A stretch of DNA of 64,000 bases from an uncultured Bacilli bacterium. Its GTDB lineage: Bacteria > Bacillota_I > Bacilli_A > RF39 > UBA660. Where the stretch lies: contig CANQSQ010000003.1 of assembly GCA_947626565.1 (NCBI GenBank), positions 1,518 to 65,517 of the forward strand. Reading direction: 5' to 3'. A program made the translations under genes and the position numbers. The notes under the pieces are model-generated. The model searched no databases, was not told the origin of the DNA, and saw only the letters and a program-made list of their open reading frames with translations. This document shows positions 19,476-28,337 of the stretch, one piece after another. Each line of letters begins with the position of its first letter. The stretch's first letter is position 1.

Positions 19476-19657
19476 TACTACTGGCTATAGAGCCAGTGGT
19501 TGATAAAAAATACTACTGGTTCTACAGCCAGTATGAAATAGATATTATGTACTGGTCTTAGAGCCAGTATTGATAAATAAATTTGGTACTGGCTCTGTAA
19601 CCAGTAGTGAATAGATAAATGTGGTACTGGTTGTAGAGCCAGTACTTTTGTTTTTTG
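19476..19657. repeat. five tandem ~35-39-bp units, each with a TACTGGYT-loop-AGCCAGTA hairpin; last unit followed by a T-run
   Basis: Units start at 19476, 19511, 19550, 19587 and 19625. Stems are ACTGGCT/AGCCAGT, TACTGGTT/AGCCAGTA, TACTGGT/GCCAGTA, TACTGG.T/A.CCAGTA and GTACTGGTT/AGCCAGTAC. Linkers share tgaWtaRataaat. Non-coding. Confidence 0.9.
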
Positions 19658-19751
19658 TAATTATTGTTATTTGTAATAAAACTTAATCTTAATTTTAAAT
19701 ATTTTGTACTAATTTAGTTTCTTACTTTATTTAAAAATAAATTCTCTTTAC

Positions 19752-19777
19752 ATATATTAACGTTTATGTTAATATAT
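19752..19777. promoter_or_regulatory. candidate operator: 10-bp inverted repeat ATATATTAAC-n6-GTTAATATAT upstream of the toxin-antitoxin pair
   Basis: A perfect 10/10 inverted repeat 55 bp upstream of the toxin ATG, overlapping AT-rich -10-like hexamers. The downstream HTH protein is a plausible binder. Confidence 0.4.
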
Positions 19778-19832
19778 ATTTATAAATTAGAAAAATTTTT
19801 GAAAGGAGAAAAGTAGGGAGGTTTTACAACTA

Positions 19833-20168
19833 ATGAATATAATATATACTAAGAGTTATGATAGAATGGCTAAAGGTCTGAAGAAACATATTAATGAAAA
19901 GAATACTTTAGAAGTTATAAAAGAATTAATTGAAAATTCAAGTGATTTTGCTGAATTAAAAAACAATCCTATAGCTAAAAGATATAATTATGAATGACTA
20001 AAACACCAATTAAATGAATTTTGGTCTTTTTATCTTGATAAAGATGGTGGAGTAATTAGACTTATAGTAAAACCTACTGAAAATACTGATGAGTTATATT
20101 TAGTATTTGTGAGCTTTGATCACTATGAAGATTTTTCTAAGGAAAAGGTGATTTATTATGATGAATAA
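19833..20168 (+). pseudogene. RelE/HigB-like toxin interrupted by an in-frame TGA (19995-19997)
   Basis: Translation: MNIIYTKSYDRMAKGLKKHINEKNTLEVIKELIENSSDFAELKNNPIAKRYNYE*LKHQLNEFWSFYLDKDGGVIRLIVKPTENTDELYLVFVSFDHYEDFSKEKVIYYDE. RBS gggagg. It overlaps the start of the downstream HTH gene by 11 nt, which is a toxin-first HigBA-type order. Confidence 0.55.
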
Positions 20169-21186
20169 ATTTGGTAGTCAATTGGGTGAATTTTTAAATG
20201 ATAATAATATTAGTATTAAAGAATTTGCTAATAGAATTAATACTTCTCAAAAAAATCTGATTGATATTTTAAAAGGAAAAATAGAGTTATCTCAAAATAT
20301 GATTTATAATATTTCTTTTGTTACTAGTATTCCAGTTAATTATATTGAGAATGTAGAATCTAATTATAAATTAGAAGTAACACTAAAAAAATTTCTTGAA
20401 GAAAGAAATATGACGGTAAGAGAATTTATTAATAAATTTAGTTATAAAGAATTTTCTAAAAAATATAATTTTAAATTTAGTGATGAAAGAAATGATTATA
20501 GTATAGCTAAAGGCATATTAAAGTATTTAAGAATAACTGATCCTAGTCTGTTGTACAAAAAAGATAATACTATTTTTTATAAAAGTAAAAATGACAAGAT
20601 TGAATTGTTAGTTTTATGGTTGGAAAGATGCTACAAGATTGTATCTGAACAAAAAATTAGTGAATATAAGAAAGAAAATATTGATATTGTGGTTGACTAC
20701 ATAAGAGATTGTGCAGCTAATGATGAGTTTAATGAAAAAAAGTTAATTACTAAATTTAATGATAATGGTATATATTTGGCAATTGAAGATGATTTAAAGG
20801 GTTCAAAAATTAGAGGAGCTTTTAAAGTGTTAAATGATAAACCAGCTATTTATATTACTAGAAAACATAAAAGATATGCCGATGTTTACTTTGCTTTGTT
20901 ACATGAGTTAGCTCATTGTAAGAGTGATTTTAATAGGGCAAAAAATGGATCACTTGTGTCATTTCAAGATGAAACGATGGATGATGATTATGAAATTAGA
21001 GCAGATAAGACAGCATTTAATTGGATGGTAGATGATCAATTATATAATAAAATAAAATATAATTATAATAATATTGACAAATTTGAAGTTGTAAAATCAT
21101 TCTTTGTATATAGATTAGCAAATGATAAAATTATCAGTTATGCTTCTAAATTATATCAGGAAAATAATAAAATAATAGTAAAGTAA
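20158..21186 (+). CDS. XRE-family HTH fused to ImmA/IrrE-type zinc metallopeptidase domain (HigA-like partner)
   Basis: N-terminal HTH (ISIKEFANRINTSQKNLIDILKGK). C-terminal HEXXH motif in YFALLHELAHCKSD, typical of the COG2856/ImmA family. Confidence 0.8.
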   Translation: MMNKFGSQLGEFLNDNNISIKEFANRINTSQKNLIDILKGKIELSQNMIYNISFVTSIPVNYIENVESNYKLEVTLKKFLEERNMTVREFINKFSYKEFSKKYNFKFSDERNDYSIAKGILKYLRITDPSLLYKKDNTIFYKSKNDKIELLVLWLERCYKIVSEQKISEYKKENIDIVVDYIRDCAANDEFNEKKLITKFNDNGIYLAIEDDLKGSKIRGAFKVLNDKPAIYITRKHKRYADVYFALLHELAHCKSDFNRAKNGSLVSFQDETMDDDYEIRADKTAFNWMVDDQLYNKIKYNYNNIDKFEVVKSFFVYRLANDKIISYASKLYQENNKIIVK

Positions 21187-21214
21187 AACTTTCTTTTCAA
21201 TTTTATATAAAGTA

Positions 21215-21223
21215 TGTTATAAT
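21215..21223 (+). promoter_or_regulatory. candidate extended -10 promoter (TGTTATAAT) for the LCP gene
   Basis: tgttataat lies 37 bp upstream of ATG 21260. Confidence 0.4.
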
Positions 21224-21259
21224 CATTTTATGATAAAATAGATGATGAGAGGTTTTTAT

Positions 21260-22783
21260 ATGGGAAAAGAACAGAATGTAAATGAAGAAAAAGAAGAAAT
21301 AAAAGAAACTAAAGAAGAAAAGCAGGAACAAGAAGATAAACCAGTAAGACACAGAAAAAAATATGTTAAGAAAAAAAGATTTAAAAAAATTAATATTTTA
21401 GGACTAATTAGTTTAATTTGTCTTAGTGTTTTCTTAGTTTTATTTGTAAGAATGGGTGTTTTACCTTTACCTTATTTGATTGTTTCTATTAATTTATTTA
21501 TAATATTTCAGGTAATTGGTATTGTCTTAATTAATGTAAAAAAGAAAGCACTTAAAACAATTGGAATTATTTTGTTATGTTTATCAATACTAATAAATGG
21601 TGCTGGAAGTTATTATTTATATCATACCAATAAATTTTTAGATGATTCTTTTGGTAATGATGTTTTGATAAGTACTGATACTTATTATATAGTTACTAGT
21701 AAAACTAGTGGTTTAACTAAAGATACTATTCAAAATAATGTTTCTTATTATGATGGAACTAATAAAAATGAAAAAGCTCTTAAAAAGATTAATGAAATGT
21801 ATGATGTTCAAATGAAACCATATGTTGATTTGGTATTAATGTTTAATGATATATTAGCAAATACAGCTAATTATATGTATATAGAGAAAAATCAATTTAA
21901 TTATGTTATTGAATTAAATGATAGTTTAAATAAGGATGATTTTGTTATTTTAGATAAAATTGATATCAAGACAAAGACAACTATTAAAAAAGCTGAGGTA
22001 AAAGATACATTTAATATATATGTTGGTGGTGTTGACTTTACAGAGAATTGTGTAGATTTTAATATGATAATTAGTATTAATACAAAGACAAGTGCTGTTG
22101 TATTAACAAGTATTCCAAGAGATTATTATATTGAAGCTGTAGGTTATAATGGAGCATATGATACACTTAGTTTTATGGGACCATATGGTATAGAGACATC
22201 AATGAAGTCTATTGGAAAGTTGTTTGACATTGATATTGATTACTTTATAAAATTGAATACAACTAGTTTAGTTGAAGTAGTCGATAAAGTAGGGGGAATT
22301 ACTTATTGTAGTGATGAAGCTTTTACTACGACACATGCCCTAGTTTTAGATACATATGATGACAGAGGACAAAAGTTACATGTTGATAAAGGATGTCAAG
22401 AAATAAATGGAATTCAAGCTTTGACGATTGCGAGAGAAAGAAATGCTTTTGTTGGAAGAGATAGAGTAAGACAAGAGAATTGCCGTAAAATATTATTAGC
22501 AATCTTAAAGAAATTGAATAATGTTAATACTATAAAAAATTATACAGGTATTTTAGATTCATTTAGTAATTTGTATGAAACAAATATTCCTAAAGAAGTT
22601 ATTAGTAATATTGCTAAGACGACTTTAAATAATAAAGGAAATTGGAATATAACAGAACAATCAGTTAATGGTGGAGATGGTTTTGATTATGTGCATATGT
22701 CTGGTTTAAAATCATATGTAATGATACCAGATATGAATACAGTAAATGCTGCTAGTAGTAAAATAAAGGGAATTGTTAAGTAA
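21260..22783 (+). CDS. LytR-CpsA-Psr (LCP) family glycopolymer ligase
   Basis: Lys/Glu-rich cytoplasmic head, TM segments, then the LCP core with VLTSIPRDYY, LSFMGPYG and ALTIARERNAF...RVRQENCRKIL. ATG 21260 has RBS gagagg. The ORF track start at 21242 is in frame upstream. Confidence 0.85.
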   Translation: MGKEQNVNEEKEEIKETKEEKQEQEDKPVRHRKKYVKKKRFKKINILGLISLICLSVFLVLFVRMGVLPLPYLIVSINLFIIFQVIGIVLINVKKKALKTIGIILLCLSILINGAGSYYLYHTNKFLDDSFGNDVLISTDTYYIVTSKTSGLTKDTIQNNVSYYDGTNKNEKALKKINEMYDVQMKPYVDLVLMFNDILANTANYMYIEKNQFNYVIELNDSLNKDDFVILDKIDIKTKTTIKKAEVKDTFNIYVGGVDFTENCVDFNMIISINTKTSAVVLTSIPRDYYIEAVGYNGAYDTLSFMGPYGIETSMKSIGKLFDIDIDYFIKLNTTSLVEVVDKVGGITYCSDEAFTTTHALVLDTYDDRGQKLHVDKGCQEINGIQALTIARERNAFVGRDRVRQENCRKILLAILKKLNNVNTIKNYTGILDSFSNLYETNIPKEVISNIAKTTLNNKGNWNITEQSVNGGDGFDYVHMSGLKSYVMIPDMNTVNAASSKIKGIVK

Positions 22784-22848
22784 TTGACAATTCTTTTTTT
22801 TTAAGATTATTTGTGGTAAAATATTATTATAATGATGGAGATGATGTG

Positions 22849-24321
22849 ATGAAAGATGATAAAAGAAATTTTTATTTAGCGATAATTGTGTTTATTAGTA
22901 TTTTTACAATATGTTCTACGACGTCTTTTTTATATCCATTTTGTGATGAATCACATTGCTTTTTTAATGTGGGTAAAGCAATTTTAAATGGTCGGGTTTT
23001 ATATAAGGATATTTTAGAACAAAAGGGTTTATTAATATATATTATTCAGATACCAGCTTATTTAATTTCACATACTAATTTTTTTGGTGTTTGGTTAGTT
23101 CAATTATGTTTTATGATACCTAGTGCTATAGCAATTTATAAGATAGCTAACTTTTATTTAAAATCATCATTTAAAAGTTTAATTGCTACAAGTTTGTGTG
23201 CTTTTATAATATTTACCTCTAATGCTTTAGCTAGTGGACAAGTAGTAGAAGTTTATGCTTTACCGTTTTTCTTATTTCCTCTATATTGGGCTATTAAATA
23301 TATAAAGGAAGAAAATTTAATTCCAAATAAAAAAATATTTATATGTGGTTTATTCGCGGGAATTGTTTTTTGGATGAAATATTCTTTATTAGGCTTTTAT
23401 TTTGGGTATATGGCTTATATTTGTATTAGACTTTTGAGTGAAAAAAAGATAAAAGAGGCATTTAAAAAAGGATTTATATTTGTGGGTGGTTTTATTCTAG
23501 TTAGTGTTCCGTGCATTTTATATTTTGTTTTTAATGATGCTACTAAGGAATTACTTGATTATTATTTTTTGAATAATATAGTAGGATATGGAACACAGCT
23601 TACTTTTATTTCAATGTTAAAAGTATATTGGCATAGTTTTATTCAACAATTCAGATGGAATTTATTATTAATGATATCCTTATTAATAGGGTTGATTTAT
23701 GTATTGAAGAAGATGAAATTTAAAGATAGCTTATTAATTGCAGTTACATTTATAATTCAATATGCCATTATTTTTAGCCATGGAGGAATGTATGCATATT
23801 ATTTGTTTGCCTTTTCATGCTTTGCTATTTTTGGTTGTGTGGCTATACTTGATATAAAATTTGTAAAAACCAAGGCTTTGCCTTGGTATATAGTATATAC
23901 TATATGTTTATTCTTTATTGTAATGGCTAATATATTTAAACCATGTCCTAATCAATTTTTAAAAAAACCACAAAAACTAGCTCAATATCAATTTGCAGAT
24001 TATATGAATAGTCATTATAAAAAACCAACAATGTTGGATTTAGACTTAGATGGAGGTTTTTATACAGTGGCTGATATAGTGCCAAGTACTTGGGCATATT
24101 GTAAATTGAATTGGGGTAATTCTAAGATGATAGATGATCAAAATAATACAATTAAGAATAAATTAGTCGATTTTATTGTTTTTAGGCAAATAGAGGGTGA
24201 AGAGAAAAGAAAGGTACCTTATTTAGAAGAAAATTATAAGTTAGTTAAAAAGGTTGGGCAATATAGGGATGATATTTATATAACTTATTATTTATATGAA
24301 GTTGTTAGAGAGAAAGTTTAA
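22849..24321 (+). CDS. GT-C fold membrane glycosyltransferase (PMT_2/ArnT-like)
   Basis: About 11 hydrophobic segments. The first loop, FCDESHCFFNVGKAILNGRVLYKDILEQKGLLIY, resembles the D/E...G..(L/P)Y.D...KGP motif of family-39/83-like enzymes. Soluble C-terminal domain. Start 22849 has RBS ggaga. Confidence 0.5.
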   Translation: MKDDKRNFYLAIIVFISIFTICSTTSFLYPFCDESHCFFNVGKAILNGRVLYKDILEQKGLLIYIIQIPAYLISHTNFFGVWLVQLCFMIPSAIAIYKIANFYLKSSFKSLIATSLCAFIIFTSNALASGQVVEVYALPFFLFPLYWAIKYIKEENLIPNKKIFICGLFAGIVFWMKYSLLGFYFGYMAYICIRLLSEKKIKEAFKKGFIFVGGFILVSVPCILYFVFNDATKELLDYYFLNNIVGYGTQLTFISMLKVYWHSFIQQFRWNLLLMISLLIGLIYVLKKMKFKDSLLIAVTFIIQYAIIFSHGGMYAYYLFAFSCFAIFGCVAILDIKFVKTKALPWYIVYTICLFFIVMANIFKPCPNQFLKKPQKLAQYQFADYMNSHYKKPTMLDLDLDGGFYTVADIVPSTWAYCKLNWGNSKMIDDQNNTIKNKLVDFIVFRQIEGEEKRKVPYLEENYKLVKKVGQYRDDIYITYYLYEVVREKV

Positions 24322-24408
24322 TTTCTCTTTTTTTATAACTTATATTTTTCTTTATTTATGGTAGTGATTGTGTTATTATAAATAATTAAATAAATGGAGG
24401 TAGAGTTG

Positions 24409-27400
24409 ATGAAATTACAGGTAAAATATATAAAAGAGCGAATAAAAGCTGTTCAAGAGAAGATAAGAAGATATCTTAAAATTAGATTAGCAAAGAATGT
24501 AGACTATGCACCTCTTTCTCCAGTAGAAATTGTAGAAGAACATATTGATGAATACATGAAAGTTTTAAATATGGTTATAAATAATGATGAGTTAAATAAT
24601 GTAGCAATAACAGGGGGATATGGTACAGGTAAAAGTTCCATAATAAAGACGTTTATAAAACGACTTTGTTTAAAGAAAAAACAATATAGTATTATAACTA
24701 TTGGATCATATTTTAAAGACGAAAGTATTAGAAAAGATGTTTTACAAAGAAATAATTTAAATAATGAAAGTGATGAGGAAAAAGAAAATAAGAATATAGA
24801 AGATAATAAGCAAGAAAAAAGAACATTAGAAGAAAGTAGAGAAAGTGATTACTACTTAAGTGAAGATGAGATAAGATTAGTTAATAAAATAGAAAATGCT
24901 ATTATAAGACAATTACTTTTTAAAAATAACTCAGAAGATATTTTAGAAAGTAATTTCAAAAGATTAAGTAGTAGAAGTCATAGAATTATACAATTATTTA
25001 GTTATTTATATTTACTTTGGTTTGGCTTATTATTAATAATTTTAAAATTTATTTTTACGTATCAAGAAGAAATTACTTCATTTATGATAAATAATTTTTA
25101 TAAGATGGTTGTATTTTTTAATAGTTCTATTTTTGATAAGATTTCTCCGGTAATTATTTTGAGCATAATTATATTATTAATATTTGCTGGTGGTAGTTTA
25201 ATAGTAAGTATTGCTGAAGGGATATTTAAAGCAACTAAGCATTTTAATTTTAGTGTAAAACAGAATAAATTATCATTGGCAGTTAGTTATGATATGGCTT
25301 TTGCTAAGGAACTTAGAGAAATAATAGCTTTTTTTGCCTATAATAAAAAGTGTAGAATAGTCTTCTTTGAAGACATTGATCGTTTTTCAGTTGATGTTAG
25401 TTTGAAAATGGTAGAGGAGTTAAAAGAACTTAATACTATTATTAATAATTCGGATTCGGTAGAACAAAATGTAACTTTTATATATTCTTTTAAAGAGGAT
25501 ATTTTTAAGAATTATAAAGATAAAAGTAAGTTTTATGACTATATTATATCAGTGATGCCTATATCTACTTTTTATAATTCTGCAGAGGTTTTAGAAATGG
25601 CTTTAAAAAAAGCTAATGTAACTTATAAAATTTCTGATAAATTACTAGATATTGTAGCTAATAATATTTATGATGTAAGAACACTTAATTTGATAGTTAA
25701 TGATTTTAAGTTATTTGTGAAAACATTAAAGACCAATAATTATGATAAAGTGTTTGCTATGGTTACATTTAAAAATTACTATATAAAAGAATATGATGGT
25801 ATTTTAGAAAAAGATAATTTTATTGATAAGAGATTTAATGCATATTTTAATAAGAAAAGTGAATTATATAAAATTACTAATCGTAAAATTACTGAGTTAA
25901 AGGGAAAAATAAAAGAGTTTACGAGTGAGGTTTGTAGTAATGTTAGGGAATTGAAACAATTATTATGGTTTAATAATTTTAATAATAGTGTAAATAATAC
26001 TCACATTTTTTGTAATGGAAAATATTATTACTATCAAGATTTTATGAAAGATAACTTTGATATGGAACAGTTAAGAAATAATGAAATTAGGATTTATGGT
26101 GCTTTTAATAATTATTTTGATTATGAATTTGCGGGTGGCAAAGTTAAGTTTTTCGAACGGTTAGATAAAATTACTAATAAAGAGAAGTTACGAGAATTAG
26201 AAGAAGAATTAGCTGCTAGTAAGTATGATTTAGATAGAATTGATGATTTAACAAAGAATGAAGTTATACTAGAATATGGTAAAGAAGAGGTCGTTGTTAT
26301 TGATCTTTTGGATCAATTAATAATTAATAATTTTATTGAAAGAGATTATTTAGATTATATAACGTTACCACCTAGTAATGGTTTAACTGTTAGTGATAAT
26401 AAATTTATTTTTGATGTTAAACATAAAAGTTTTTCAGAAATGACAGGAATAACTAATTGTGCTAAAATCTTAGAAAAATTGGCATTAGAAGAGTTTAATG
26501 GAGTGTATACTTTCAATGTTAACTTAATAAATTTTTTAATTAATAATAAAGACCAGTATACTACTATTTATGGAATGATTTTGGATAATTACAAAAGATT
26601 AGATGATGTTAAGATTAAACAAATTGAAATGCTTTATAATTTTTCATTAGTGGTATATTTAAAATTTATGAATGATATTAATAAAACAGGTACTGATATT
26701 TGGAATGTTTTTATGGATAAGGTTAGTGAAGAAAATAGAAATATTTACAGTAAGATGATGTTTGAAACAATATTATTATTAGATAAAACTACTAATATGG
26801 GAAATAAAAAAACATTTATTGAATATGCTAATGAGTATTTTAATAAGACAGCTAATATAAGGGAAAACTTTGCTATGCTTTTTAGATTAACGGATAACGT
26901 TAAAAGAAATTTAGTAAAATTATTGGGTTATAATTTACGAATTATTGATTTAAATGAATTTTTAGAAAAAGAAAAAGACTTTTTTATTAATAATGGAATG
27001 TATTATTATAATATAAATAATATGAAAGAAATATTGAAGTTTATACCTACTAGTCTAAGTAATAGTGCTTTGAAAGGAATAAGAGAAGGAGAAGTATTTA
27101 TTGAGCATATTCTAAATAATTTTAATTGTTTTGCGAAAGAATATTATTTAGAAAATAATTTTAAAATTGATGATAAAGATATTATAAAGAAACTATTACT
27201 GAGAAATGATATAGCACCAGAAATTAAGAAAGAAATCTTAAAACGGGAGCAGTTTACGGTATATAAGGATGAAGTAGACGAGGGTTTTGATGAGTTGATG
27301 TTTGAATATAATCATTGGACTAGTTCTTGGATTCTTGTTAATTATGTATATGAAAAAATGGGACTAAAAAAAGTAGGTTCTTATGTTTATAAGAATAGAG

Positions 27401-27999
27401 ATACATTATTAAAAGATGCGGGTATTAAAGAAGCAGAAATGGTTGTAAAACCAGAGATAATGGCAGAAATAGTAGTGGAGTTATTAAGAATTGATATTGA
27501 GTTAGATATTGATAAGTTAATGCGAAAATGCTTACAAGAAAAAGACTTTAAATATGAATCATTTAAAATGTTTTATAATAATGAACAAATATTTTTGATT
27601 TTAGAAAAAAATGATTTATTAAAATATGGTCATAAAGCATTTTTAAATAGATTAATAAATATATCCTTAGACTTAGCTTGTGATTACTTAAATAAGTGGT
27701 ATAAGAGTGAAAAAAATATTAAGGATATTTATTTGGATATTAAAAATAATAAGAAATTAATAGCTAAATTATTAAGGGTGATTGAAGATAATGATGCGAA
27801 AATGAAAATTATTTTAGAAGAAGTTAAGAAAGATAATGAACAATTAGGACCATTAATAGAGATAGCTTTTAAAAAAGAAATAAAATATCAAGTTACGTAT
27901 GATTCAGATTTACTAAAGTATATTTTTAAAACTACTATGGCTTCTAAAATATTTAAAAATATTAAGATAATGAAAGGTACTATAGAATTTATCCGATAA
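24409..27999 (+). CDS. KAP-type / YobI-like transmembrane P-loop NTPase (~1196 aa)
   Basis: Walker A ITGGYGTGKSS (about 24610-24640). An acidic low-complexity linker follows. Two TM helices (IIQLFSYLYLLWFGLLLIILKFIF and VIILSIIILLIFAGGSLIVSIAEGIF) come before Walker B RIVFFEDIDRF (about 25353-25385). The last ~850 aa are helical and of unknown function. RBS ggagg before ATG 24409. Confidence 0.7.
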   Translation: MKLQVKYIKERIKAVQEKIRRYLKIRLAKNVDYAPLSPVEIVEEHIDEYMKVLNMVINNDELNNVAITGGYGTGKSSIIKTFIKRLCLKKKQYSIITIGSYFKDESIRKDVLQRNNLNNESDEEKENKNIEDNKQEKRTLEESRESDYYLSEDEIRLVNKIENAIIRQLLFKNNSEDILESNFKRLSSRSHRIIQLFSYLYLLWFGLLLIILKFIFTYQEEITSFMINNFYKMVVFFNSSIFDKISPVIILSIIILLIFAGGSLIVSIAEGIFKATKHFNFSVKQNKLSLAVSYDMAFAKELREIIAFFAYNKKCRIVFFEDIDRFSVDVSLKMVEELKELNTIINNSDSVEQNVTFIYSFKEDIFKNYKDKSKFYDYIISVMPISTFYNSAEVLEMALKKANVTYKISDKLLDIVANNIYDVRTLNLIVNDFKLFVKTLKTNNYDKVFAMVTFKNYYIKEYDGILEKDNFIDKRFNAYFNKKSELYKITNRKITELKGKIKEFTSEVCSNVRELKQLLWFNNFNNSVNNTHIFCNGKYYYYQDFMKDNFDMEQLRNNEIRIYGAFNNYFDYEFAGGKVKFFERLDKITNKEKLRELEEELAASKYDLDRIDDLTKNEVILEYGKEEVVVIDLLDQLIINNFIERDYLDYITLPPSNGLTVSDNKFIFDVKHKSFSEMTGITNCAKILEKLALEEFNGVYTFNVNLINFLINNKDQYTTIYGMILDNYKRLDDVKIKQIEMLYNFSLVVYLKFMNDINKTGTDIWNVFMDKVSEENRNIYSKMMFETILLLDKTTNMGNKKTFIEYANEYFNKTANIRENFAMLFRLTDNVKRNLVKLLGYNLRIIDLNEFLEKEKDFFINNGMYYYNINNMKEILKFIPTSLSNSALKGIREGEVFIEHILNNFNCFAKEYYLENNFKIDDKDIIKKLLLRNDIAPEIKKEILKREQFTVYKDEVDEGFDELMFEYNHWTSSWILVNYVYEKMGLKKVGSYVYKNRDTLLKDAGIKEAEMVVKPEIMAEIVVELLRIDIELDIDKLMRKCLQEKDFKYESFKMFYNNEQIFLILEKNDLLKYGHKAFLNRLINISLDLACDYLNKWYKSEKNIKDIYLDIKNNKKLIAKLLRVIEDNDAKMKIILEEVKKDNEQLGPLIEIAFKKEIKYQVTYDSDLLKYIFKTTMASKIFKNIKIMKGTIEFIR

Positions 28000-28063
28000 A
28001 GGTAGTATAAACTAGGTAGTTAATTAATACTAAACTTGTATATTGAATAGTCGTTTGAAAAGG

Positions 28064-28098
28064 AAAAAGTTAAATTCAGTAGATGAATTTAACTTTTT
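28064..28098 (+). terminator. intrinsic terminator after the NTPase gene
   Basis: aaaaagttaaattca-gtaga-tgaatttaacttttt: 10-bp core stem with A/T extensions and a trailing T-run. Confidence 0.7.
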
Positions 28099-28215
28099 TA
28101 GGTTGTTTATACTTTGAAAAAATATTTTTAGACATTTTACCTATTTAAAATTTTATGCTTAAATAAGTGCATTAAATTTAGACAAATTTCCATATTATTA
28201 AATAGGAGGGGTAAA

Positions 28216-28329
28216 ATGTTGAAAAGTCTATTAATATGTTTGCTAATTATATTATTATTGTTTATATATTGTGCTTTAAGAGTTAGTAGTATGTGTGATG
28301 AAGAGGAAGAAAAAAAGACATTCAAATAA
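28216..28329 (+). CDS. 37-aa small membrane peptide (Fst/type-I-toxin-like architecture)
   Basis: Not in the ORF track because it is short. Strong RBS aggagggg lies 5-6 nt before the ATG. Sequence MLKSLLICLLIILLLFIYCALRVSSMCDEEEEKKTFK has one TM helix plus a charged tail. Its stop is 8 nt from the stop of the convergent SDR gene. Confidence 0.45.
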   Translation: MLKSLLICLLIILLLFIYCALRVSSMCDEEEEKKTFK

Positions 28330-28337
28330 GAATGCTT

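Noticed and set aside
19476-19657. Tandem repeat array considered as a CRISPR array
   Set aside because: The conserved palindromic core is only about 20 bp. The 'spacers' are 13-18 bp and resemble each other (tgaWtaRataaat), so the whole ~37-bp unit is the repeat. No cas genes or leader are present in the window.
19995-19997. In-frame TGA in the toxin read as Trp (genetic code 4)
   Set aside because: TGA ends conserved genes at their expected positions: the spoIIGA stop in the ATGA overlap at 40681-40684 and the acyltransferase stop at 15433-15435. Long housekeeping ORFs (mutS, alaS) are complete under code 11, and the sporulation gene content does not fit a Mollicutes-type organism.
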